The notes under the pieces are model-generated. The model did no database searches. It saw only the letters and a list, made by a program, of their open reading frames with translations, and was not told the origin of the DNA. Both the position numbers and the translations under genes were made by a program. 12,890 nucleotides of DNA from positions 1 to 12,890 of the forward strand of contig JBDRWI010000062.1 of NCBI GenBank assembly GCA_039802265.1, read 5' to 3'. Each line of letters begins with the position of its first letter. Within the stretch, counting starts at the first letter, position 1. Source of the stretch: a candidate division WOR-3 bacterium. GTDB lineage: Bacteria; Hydrothermota; Tepidihabitantia; SM23-42; JAOAFX01. Below, one piece after another: positions 1-6,483 of the stretch.

Positions 1-541
1 GGGAATCACATTCAAAAAATTAAAACTCCCAGCAGAAACACCTTTCAACGACCTTGATGACCCGCATATTTTAGTCAGTGGTAATCGGAAAGTAAGATTT
101 GTGCTTGGAGGACACGACAATTTCTTTAAAACCTCTGATATGGGGGCTCCATATGAACTTAATCTTTTCTTAGCGATGGAGGATACTACGCTCGGTGTAT
201 ACCTTTCTTATCCTTATTATACCTTAAGATTTGACTCACTTTTAGGTTCTTCTGATGAAGTGCATCAGGAAGAGGATGTTTATCATGTGAGTGCGCCTTT
301 GATTTCTGACATTGGTGCACCGCAATATTATCGGCTATACCCCTGTGATTCTGCGGGGAATGGGCTACCAGGCTGCATTATTACTGGTTCAACCGTGCTT
401 AAAACTGAAGACCTTGATGAAGGTATGCATCGGATACAGATTTATGCGAAAGATTACCAAAATCACACCAAGACCGCGGATGTGCATTTTTATATAAGAA
501 AGAGTAATTGGGTTGATTTTTGTCGCGGATTTAAGGAGTGA
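1..541 (+). CDS. Hypothetical protein, 5'-truncated by the window edge; C-terminus possibly Ig-like
   Basis: The frame of ORF 101..541 is open back to position 2 (GITFKKLKLPAETPF...), so the true start lies outside the window. Stop TGA 539-541. C-terminal TEDLDEGMHRIQIYAKDYQNHTKTADVHFYI resembles the 'L.EG.H.I.V.A.D..N' pattern of bacterial Ig-like domains. Confidence 0.75.
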   Translation, partial: GITFKKLKLPAETPFNDLDDPHILVSGNRKVRFVLGGHDNFFKTSDMGAPYELNLFLAMEDTTLGVYLSYPYYTLRFDSLLGSSDEVHQEEDVYHVSAPLISDIGAPQYYRLYPCDSAGNGLPGCIITGSTVLKTEDLDEGMHRIQIYAKDYQNHTKTADVHFYIRKSNWVDFCRGFKE

Positions 542-552
542 GGAGTAGTCTT

Positions 553-1017
553 ATGAATAAAATATTCTTGTTGGGGATAATTATTTTTGTCATGACAACG
601 ATTCAATGCAGTAAAGATGAAACTGAGGATGAAGAGACAATTATTACAGAATTACCTACAATCAGTGAGATTACTTTTGGTTCTAAATGGAACAGCCCCG
701 ATTCCACTGTTGCCGATACCGGTAGAACCTTCGCGCCATCCGATACAATTCGTTATCAGGTAAAATTTGATTCAGCATTTGGCAACTGGTTTATGATTAA
801 AAAAGTGTGGAGGCGAAATGATACTCTCCTATTTTCATCGGTTGCTTTAATTCCTCTTGGGACTAAAAGAATTTGCGGAGAATTTCGCCACCATGATGGA
901 CAGAATTTAGAGACTGGCAATTATAACATATCTATTCTCTATTTTAAAGCAGATACTGCAGTATATGATTCAGCCAGTTATAATGCTGGTGTAAATCGTA
1001 ATTTTACTATCCAATAG
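553..1017 (+). CDS. Putative lipoprotein (154 aa)
   Basis: ATG 553 preceded by GAGGAG (540-545), preferred over GTG 538. MNK + hydrophobic stretch + TIQ-C lipobox-like site, then acidic SKDETEDEE. Beta-rich mature domain. Confidence 0.8.
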   Translation: MNKIFLLGIIIFVMTTIQCSKDETEDEETIITELPTISEITFGSKWNSPDSTVADTGRTFAPSDTIRYQVKFDSAFGNWFMIKKVWRRNDTLLFSSVALIPLGTKRICGEFRHHDGQNLETGNYNISILYFKADTAVYDSASYNAGVNRNFTIQ

Positions 1018-1026
1018 GAGGCAAAG

Positions 1027-4000
1027 ATGCGATTTTTAGGGATTTTCTTGTGTTTAATTTCAATTTTGGAGGCAAAGTTAGTGCCTACGCCATTTTTTAT
1101 GAATTTACAGCGGGTTGGTCGTGATTCTACCCTTACCCACTTTGGTAAAAAGTTATTCCACGATTGTTATGGTATTGCAATGGTGAAACCAAGGGGGACA
1201 AACTCAACGCTTATAATAGTTAGCGACCCTGGTTGGTGTCGGTTGATTTATACCCGGGTTTATGAACAACAGCAAGATTTTGAGTATTTACGGCAATTCG
1301 GTGGTTATGGAAATGCGGTAGATAAATTCATTGTGCCCAAAGGGATTTGCATTGATAGCAGTATTTTTTCGGGTAACAGCGATATTTATGGAATTTATGT
1401 TGCTGATTCAAGAAATAATCGTATATCAAAATTAAAATACAGTATCAGTCAGGATAGAATTCTTGCTGAAGGTATTTTGGTTTCCGGGTTAATCAATCCT
1501 ACTGATGTTGCCTGTGTTTCAAGACCTGAGGGTGGTTCGTATATTGTTATTGCTGAAAAGGATACCCATCGGATTCGACTTTATCAGAGAAATGCAAGTG
1601 GCTATATTTCTCTAATACAAATGTATGGCATAAGAGGTCCTGGAGCCGGTGAGTTTTTTGAACCTCAGGGTGTGGCGATATGCGCGGCAACTGATGTCCA
1701 GGGTGGTTATTTTATCTATGTGACTGATACTGGAAATCGTCGGGTGGTTTGTCTGCGGTATAAGCCATCTGAAGGTATAACCTGGGTTAATGCCTATCGG
1801 ACAATTGAGAATGCGCATTTTCTATCGGTCACTGCAAGTCAGTATTATTGTGTCTATGTTACTGATTTTACACAGAATAAAATCTGGGTATTCACACCTG
1901 GTCTTACTGAATTGCTTTATACCTATGGTGATGCTAATCTCTTAAATGGGCCGAAGGATATCTGTATTGATTGGGACAGGATTGGTTTGACGGAAAAATG
2001 GACAGCGACAACCGGTATTCAGTATTTTAAAATCATCCCTGAAATTCGGGAGTTTTATCCTGAGCCACAGAATTTTGATGCGACTGAGGATTCGGTAAAG
2101 ATAAACTTTCGGGTTGATGAGACTGCACATTATCTGACAATGGAAGTGGCAGGAAAGAGGATTTTTGAGAATCAATATTTTGTGCCTGGTCATTACTCAG
2201 TTTACTGGGATGGTCGGGGGGCTGATGGTAAGGTCGTTTTGCCAGGGAATTATACAATAAGGATTAGGTGTCAGGGTGAGGTGATTGCCACAGCAGGGGT
2301 GACAGTCAAAGGCACACTGAAATCTGGCATCCTTGCCCAGGATGAGCACTGGACTGAGGAGGGCGAGCCGTATGTGCTTGTTGGGGATGTGCAGGTGGCG
2401 GGTGGTGGCAGGTTGACCATTGACCCTGGGGTAAAGGTGATGCCGGTGGGGAATTATGGGATTTTGCCAAGGTATCAATATCCGTATTGGCATCATATCT
2501 ATGCCCAGGGAACATTCCTTAATAAAATTCTTTTTACTCCGCATAGGAAGTTATATCCTGTTCCTGATTCAGTGCCTAAGGGTTTCTGGAAAGGGATTGA
2601 TTTCAGGAAAGGCTATGCCGGCCCGGATAGTTTAATCTTTGAACATTGCATTATTGAGGCAGCCGGGTCAGATTCAGCCGCTTTTCAGGTATATCCAGCA
2701 AAGTATGTGAGTTTAACAAATTGTGAGATTGCAAGGAGTGGTGGTTTTGGGTTTTATTGCGATCGCGGGTGCGATGTTGTAACCGTAAACAACTGTAGAT
2801 TTATTGATAATGATTCAATCCCACTGATTGTGCCATTTAAGTTTATTGGTGAAATCTATGGAAATAATTTTGTGAATAATAAGCCCAATGTGATTGGCAT
2901 TCAGGGAGAAACACGGCGTACAGATGCAACAATTTATAATCAAGGCGTACCATACTGGTTTTTGAAGTCCCATACCTGGGAATGTAAAATACAGGGCAGT
3001 AGCGCCTTTTGCCCCAGGCTTGTGATACAGCCAGGCGTAAAAATCTTTTTTCAAGATAGTTGTGGACTTTATGCTCAATCACGCAGCAAGATTTTTGCTC
3101 AGGGTAAACCCGATAGCGTAATTATATTTACTGCGCTTGATACACTTAGACACTGGCGCGGAATACACATCAATAATTCTCATCCTGCTGATACCTCACA
3201 TTTTGAATATTGTGAGATATCTTATGGAGGAAGGTATCTGACACCTCCTGATGAAGGGAGAGGAAATCTGGCCTTATTTGAGAATAAAGGATGTTTTATT
3301 CTTAAAAATTCTTTGATTTCACGCAGTATGAGTTATGGCGCTGGCGATGTCCATCTTTTTGAAACCGATACCTGTATTTCTATTGTGCAGGACAATACAT
3401 TCTATGCCAACGACTCATTCCCTTTGGTCATAAGCACTACCGAACTTGGTGAATGTAAAAACAATCAATTTATTGATAATCGTTATAATGCAATTTTAAT
3501 CAGGGGTGGTGGGGATATAACGAAAAGTTTGAGCATCCATAATCAGGGTGTGCCTTATGTGATAGATTGCTGGTTTGTGGTAAATAATCTATTGGAGATT
3601 GAAAAGAGGAATATTTTGCAATTTAAAGGTCAGAGAGCGTGGTTTAAGCCCAATGGTATTTTAAAAGCAACTGGAGTAACCTTTACTGCGTATGATACTG
3701 TTTGGTGGGGAATGAAGTTTGATAATTCTAAGTTAGATACATCAGTTTTGGATAGTTGTATCTTAGAAAAAGCGAGATATTATAGTGGTGTTTGGCCAAG
3801 GGGTGCGATTGATATTAACAATAGCTGGATGCGGGTGAGCAATTCGGCCGTCGTGAATAATGAGTGTGGGATTTACATAAGTGGCGCAGCGAGCAGATTG
3901 ACTTTGACTAATAATTTAATCAGTCAGAACAGTGATGGGATAAGAGCATATGGTGATAGCAAGGCGGAATCTCTTCATATTAAATTTAACGATTTTTCAG

Positions 4001-5478
4001 GAAACAAATGTGCATTTGCTATGCCCATCAATTTCTCACCCCCATATTATGTGGCTGATTCTAACTGGTGGGGGGATGCAACAGGACCCTGGGACCCATC
4101 AAATGGTGCGCCGGATTATAATCCATCGGGAAGGGGCGATTCAATTGGGGATTATGTAGTATATAGACCATGGTTGACTGCACCAGTGCAACCGCCAAAG
4201 GTTACGCTCTTACAGCCGAATGGAGGAGAGGTTTTGTATAGTGGGCAAGGGTATGAGATAAGGTGGACGATGACGGGTAAGACCGCAGGAGATGCAGGAT
4301 CGTCCCTTCGGGACTTGCAGGATCGCTACGCTCGCAGTATCGCTTCGTTTGCAGGAAGTGAAAGATGTAGTGGCCGCGTTTACTCGGCTAATCTTTATGC
4401 AGAGCGAGCTCTGCCACTACAGAGTTATAGTTACAAAAAAGAAGGGATTCTAAGGCAGGAGTTGTATTATACAACGGATTTTCCTGAGGGTGGGTCAAAG
4501 GCAGAAGCCTTCTGGAGGTTTATTGATACAGTTCCTGTTGGTGAATCTACTTATACCTGGACTGTGCCGAATACGCCATCGGGAAGATGCCGGGTTGCAG
4601 TGAAAATATATTATGACCCAGAGACTGGGAGACAAAAAGACAAGGAGACAATTCAAATACCTAAAAGTCCAAAATACCTAAATTACCTAAAGACAGATAA
4701 GGCAATTGAAGGCAATTCGGGGCAATTGGAGGCAGAGGATAAATTCCAAATTCCAAACACCAATGACCAAACAAATTTCAATATTCAAATCCCACCCTCA
4801 CCCTTACCCTCTCCCTTCAAGGGCGAGGGAATTGGGAAAGGGACATCTCCCTTCAAGGGCGAGGGAATCAGGCCGGGGATCACTCGCATCAGTGGCGAGA
4901 GGATTGGAAATAATCCTCCATCTGAAGATGGAGATTATGGACTAAAAGAAGAGAAAGGCATTGGCAGGATTATTCAGGCGCTGGTTGTGGATGGAATTGG
5001 ACTGGATACGACATTTATTACCCCGAATCATTTAAAGAGGATTTCGGTCTGGTTGCCCGAGAATATCTATACGGATGGAGAGATAGTTATTGATATATCA
5101 AAAATCAAGGGCAAGCGGGTGGTCTGTAGTGAACTTGGGTTGTATGAGTTTCCTGTTGAAAAATCAACGGCACAAAAATTTTTCGGTCCTCAGGGTGCAG
5201 ATGCGCAACTTACAAAGCCATTTTACTTTGACGAAATCTATCCCAATCCGACAAAGGGAATGATAAGACTAAGATTCAATTCGCCGGACGAGCGCAAAAT
5301 TACAATCCAACTCTATGATGTCTGTGGTCGGCTTGTGTATAAAGAGGATATAGCAAAATCAAATATCGCGATGAATGAACTATTGATTACACCTAAAAAT
5401 TTATCCGCTGGTATTTATTTTGTGCAGTTGGAAGCAGAGGGGTGTAAGAGAATAGAGAAGGTGGTATTATTGAAATAA
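1027..5478 (+). CDS. Large secreted multidomain protein: NHL-repeat propeller, FlgD-like Ig, right-handed beta-helix repeats, Ig-like domain, T9SS type A-like C-terminal sorting domain
   Basis: SD AGGAGG 1016-1021. Signal peptide MRFLGIFLCLISILEA. NHL motifs (F..P.GI..D, YVADSRNNRI, YVTDTGNRRV). VYWDGRGADGKVVLPGNYTIRI is FlgD-like. Repeated G.PY/L.I.PGV.../W.GI beta-helix units ending in NWWGDATGP. PNGGE..W..WTVP Ig-like domain. C-terminal IYPNP...IQLYDVCGRLV...LSAGIYFVQL...KVVLLK. Confidence 0.9.
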   Translation: MRFLGIFLCLISILEAKLVPTPFFMNLQRVGRDSTLTHFGKKLFHDCYGIAMVKPRGTNSTLIIVSDPGWCRLIYTRVYEQQQDFEYLRQFGGYGNAVDKFIVPKGICIDSSIFSGNSDIYGIYVADSRNNRISKLKYSISQDRILAEGILVSGLINPTDVACVSRPEGGSYIVIAEKDTHRIRLYQRNASGYISLIQMYGIRGPGAGEFFEPQGVAICAATDVQGGYFIYVTDTGNRRVVCLRYKPSEGITWVNAYRTIENAHFLSVTASQYYCVYVTDFTQNKIWVFTPGLTELLYTYGDANLLNGPKDICIDWDRIGLTEKWTATTGIQYFKIIPEIREFYPEPQNFDATEDSVKINFRVDETAHYLTMEVAGKRIFENQYFVPGHYSVYWDGRGADGKVVLPGNYTIRIRCQGEVIATAGVTVKGTLKSGILAQDEHWTEEGEPYVLVGDVQVAGGGRLTIDPGVKVMPVGNYGILPRYQYPYWHHIYAQGTFLNKILFTPHRKLYPVPDSVPKGFWKGIDFRKGYAGPDSLIFEHCIIEAAGSDSAAFQVYPAKYVSLTNCEIARSGGFGFYCDRGCDVVTVNNCRFIDNDSIPLIVPFKFIGEIYGNNFVNNKPNVIGIQGETRRTDATIYNQGVPYWFLKSHTWECKIQGSSAFCPRLVIQPGVKIFFQDSCGLYAQSRSKIFAQGKPDSVIIFTALDTLRHWRGIHINNSHPADTSHFEYCEISYGGRYLTPPDEGRGNLALFENKGCFILKNSLISRSMSYGAGDVHLFETDTCISIVQDNTFYANDSFPLVISTTELGECKNNQFIDNRYNAILIRGGGDITKSLSIHNQGVPYVIDCWFVVNNLLEIEKRNILQFKGQRAWFKPNGILKATGVTFTAYDTVWWGMKFDNSKLDTSVLDSCILEKARYYSGVWPRGAIDINNSWMRVSNSAVVNNECGIYISGAASRLTLTNNLISQNSDGIRAYGDSKAESLHIKFNDFSGNKCAFAMPINFSPPYYVADSNWWGDATGPWDPSNGAPDYNPSGRGDSIGDYVVYRPWLTAPVQPPKVTLLQPNGGEVLYSGQGYEIRWTMTGKTAGDAGSSLRDLQDRYARSIASFAGSERCSGRVYSANLYAERALPLQSYSYKKEGILRQELYYTTDFPEGGSKAEAFWRFIDTVPVGESTYTWTVPNTPSGRCRVAVKIYYDPETGRQKDKETIQIPKSPKYLNYLKTDKAIEGNSGQLEAEDKFQIPNTNDQTNFNIQIPPSPLPSPFKGEGIGKGTSPFKGEGIRPGITRISGERIGNNPPSEDGDYGLKEEKGIGRIIQALVVDGIGLDTTFITPNHLKRISVWLPENIYTDGEIVIDISKIKGKRVVCSELGLYEFPVEKSTAQKFFGPQGADAQLTKPFYFDEIYPNPTKGMIRLRFNSPDERKITIQLYDVCGRLVYKEDIAKSNIAMNELLITPKNLSAGIYFVQLEAEGCKRIEKVVLLK
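4285..4356 (+). repeat. GCAGGA-anchored degenerate tandem array inside the CDS
   Basis: GCAG(G/T)A at 4285, 4294, 4317, 4334, 4351 (spacing 9, 23, 17, 17). Units GCAGGATCGCTACGCTC and GCAGTATCGCTTCGTTT. Internal hairpin GTCCC-TTC-GGGAC at 4302-4314. Confidence 0.75.
4366..4421. repeat. Inverted GTAG REP-like doublet (REPIN-like) inside the CDS
   Basis: Terminal inverted repeat TGTAGTGGC (4366-4374) / GCCACTACA (4413-4421). Each arm has its own hairpin: GCCGCG-TTTA-CTCGGC and GCAGAGC-GA-GCTCTGC. Confidence 0.85.
4621..4793 (+). repeat. Four consecutive short tandem arrays of period 8, ~9, 10 and 7 inside the CDS
   Basis: GAGACTGG GAGACAAA AAGACAAG GAGACAAT (4621-4652); TACCTAAAA GTCCAAAA TACCTAAAT TACCTAAAG (4658-4692); GGCAATTGAA GGCAATTCGG GGCAATTGGA GGCAGAGGAT (4701-4740); AAATTCC AAATTCC AAACACC AATGACC AAAC AAATTTC AATATTC AAATCCC (4741-4793). 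Confidence 0.85.
4795..4868 (+). repeat. BoxC-like CCCTCACCC..CCCTCTCCC..GGG.GAGGG element with partial duplication, inside the CDS
   Basis: CCCTCACCCTTACCCTCTCCC-TTCAA-GGGCGAGGGA (4795-4830). The 23-mer TCTCCCTTCAAGGGCGAGGGAAT occurs exactly at 4810-4832 and 4846-4868. Confidence 0.85.
4916..4938 (-). repeat. Degenerate REP-like hairpin inside the CDS
   Basis: Minus strand ATAAT-CTCCATC-TTCA-GATGGAG has the same 5-nt leader + 7-bp stem + TTCA loop geometry as the element at 5800, but the leader is not GTAG. Confidence 0.55.
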
Positions 5479-5504
5479 CAACTCTGTGCCCTCATCTGGT
5501 AATT

Positions 5505-5575
5505 TGCTCGCCAGGAAGTATGGCGGGCAGTGTGGTGGAGGGCGGGCGTGGCAACCTCAGTCCCCCTCTATTGTA
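5505..5575 (+). terminator. Two GC-rich hairpins 3' of the large CDS (possible terminator or stability structure)
   Basis: TGCTCGCCA-GGAAGTA-TGGCGGGCA (5505-5529) and an imperfect G.U-rich stem TGTGGTGGAGGG...CCCTCTATTGTA (5531-5575). No clean poly-U tail. Confidence 0.4.
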
Positions 5576-5799
5576 AAGATTCGGTTGTTTATTTGGAGCA
5601 GGAATCAAAATTCCTGACCTGTCGTCAGGAAAGGTTTCCTCAGGGCTTGCTTTAGTCCCGTTAAAACTAAATGAAATTTCAAAAAATTGGACGCGAAAAC
5701 CTTTGATGTATCTTGTCCATATTCTTTTCTTTAATAACAGGTTAGTTTTTTCAAAAACCATTTTAATAATTTCTCAAAATCAAAATTTTTATATGAAAT

Positions 5800-5822
5800 G
5801 TAGGGCAAACCTTCAGGTTTGC
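5800..5822 (+). repeat. GTAG REP-like hairpin
   Basis: GTAGG-GCAAACC-TTCA-GGTTTGC, perfect 7-bp stem. Confidence 0.85.
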
Positions 5823-5947
5823 AAATAAATTTTTAGAAATTTCCCTTTTCTTTTTAATATTAATAAAAAGACTTATGGTAATGCAAAAAAGGAATAAAAA
5901 TGTTGATTAGAAAAAGGGCTATAAGATTGATTGGTGATTCAAAAAAT

Positions 5948-5969
5948 GTAGTTGCACCATTTATGGTGC
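5948..5969 (+). repeat. GTAG REP-like hairpin
   Basis: GTAGTT-GCACCA-TTTA-TGGTGC, perfect 6-bp stem. Confidence 0.8.
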
Positions 5970-6017
5970 TTAAAATCTTATTAAATTTTGTAAGGTGGGG
6001 GTGAAAGATAAAATACC

Positions 6018-6053
6018 CCCTCACCCTTGCCCTCTCCCACAGGGGGAGAGGGA
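6018..6053 (+). repeat. BoxC-like element, intergenic copy
   Basis: CCCTCACCCTTGCCCTCTCCC-ACAGG-GGGAGAGGGA, 29/36 identical to 4795-4830. Preceded by a partial inverted arm AAGGTGGGGGTG (5992-6003). Confidence 0.85.
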
Positions 6054-6081
6054 TTTGACATATCCGAGGAGGACTAAAATA

Positions 6082-6112
6082 TTCTTTGCAAGGCTAAAGC
6101 CTTGCCCTACAA
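6082..6112 (-). repeat. GTAG REP-like hairpin, copy 1 of a 31-bp perfect direct repeat
   Basis: Plus strand TTCTTTGCAAGGCTAAAGCCTTGCCCTACAA; minus-strand core GTAGG-GCAAGGC-TTTA-GCCTTGC. Confidence 0.9.
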
Positions 6113-6185
6113 TTTTTTGAGGGGAATTTACCGCTTACGCTCTGGCACAGTCAGTTTGTTTTGCTTTGAGGGTAAAGAGGGAAGA

Positions 6186-6371
6186 CTACCAGGTTGCCTT
6201 TCTCAAGCCGGGAATCTCACCCTGCAGGGCAAGTTCCCGCAGGCAGATGCGGCACAGCCCGAATCTGCGATAATAACCCCTTGGTCTGCCGCACCTTTCA
6301 CAGCGATTATATCTCCTTGTTGAAAATTTTGGCGGCCTTTTTGCCTTATTTATCAAACATAACTTTGCCAA
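6186..6371 (-). CDS. rpsN: 30S ribosomal protein S14, zinc-binding type Z
   Basis: 61 aa with [22 protein letters not shown] (two CxxC pairs) and [11 protein letters not shown] end. TTG start with GGAGG SD at 6376-6380. Confidence 0.97.
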   Translation of the reverse strand: MAKLCLINKAKRPPKFSTRRYNRCERCGRPRGYYRRFGLCRICLRELALQGEIPGLRKATW

Positions 6372-6437
6372 TCAACCTCCTTTCTGTCGGTATCCCAGCA
6401 TGAATACATAAAGGGAGAGCCTGAAACTCCAGGATTC

Positions 6438-6463
6438 TTCGCGTGAACAAATTCGAACACTAC
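6438..6463 (-). repeat. Degenerate GTAG REP-like hairpin
   Basis: Minus strand GTAGTG-TTCGAA-TTTG-TT(CACG)CGAA; the stem is perfect if a 4-nt insertion is removed. Confidence 0.6.
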
Positions 6464-6483
6464 AATTCTTGTGCTTTATTTTC

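Noticed and set aside
4282..4940. Intein or DGR variable-region explanation for the in-frame inserts
   Set aside because: No intein splice motifs (C/S start, HN-C/S/T end), no template/variable repeat pair with adenine-specific mismatches, and no RT in the window.
1612..4945. Short alternative-frame and antisense ORFs within the 1483-aa gene (and 312..497 in the first gene)
   Set aside because: Fully nested in well-supported CDSs and show no motifs.
5531..5575. Resemblance to group II intron domain VI / 3' end (GGCAAC...CCCCTCTAT)
   Set aside because: No domain V with an AGC/CGC triad upstream, no bulged branch A, and no RT ORF.
5660..5720. GGACGCGAAAACC reminiscent of a c-di-GMP-I riboswitch
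   Set aside because: The P1 stem with GAAA tetraloop and the P2 stem are missing, and there is no downstream gene on that strand.
5492..5761. 89-aa minus-strand ORF in the intergenic region
   Set aside because: No SD, no recognisable motif, runs through hairpin elements, and has no similarity to S8.
6055..6085. Perfect TTGACA as a -35 box of an antisense promoter to rpsN
   Set aside because: Candidate -10 boxes (TAAAAT, TATTCT) lie at 14 and 19 bp spacing, outside the usual 16-18.
6113..6185. Possible structured RNA just 3' of rpsN (TTTACC...GGTAAA inverted ends, TTTGAGGG twice)
   Set aside because: Pairing is short and matches no family I can recognise; insufficient support.
6102..6403. 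Plus-strand ORFs 6102..6323 and 6194..6403
   Set aside because: Antisense shadows of rpsN; the first starts inside a REP-like element.
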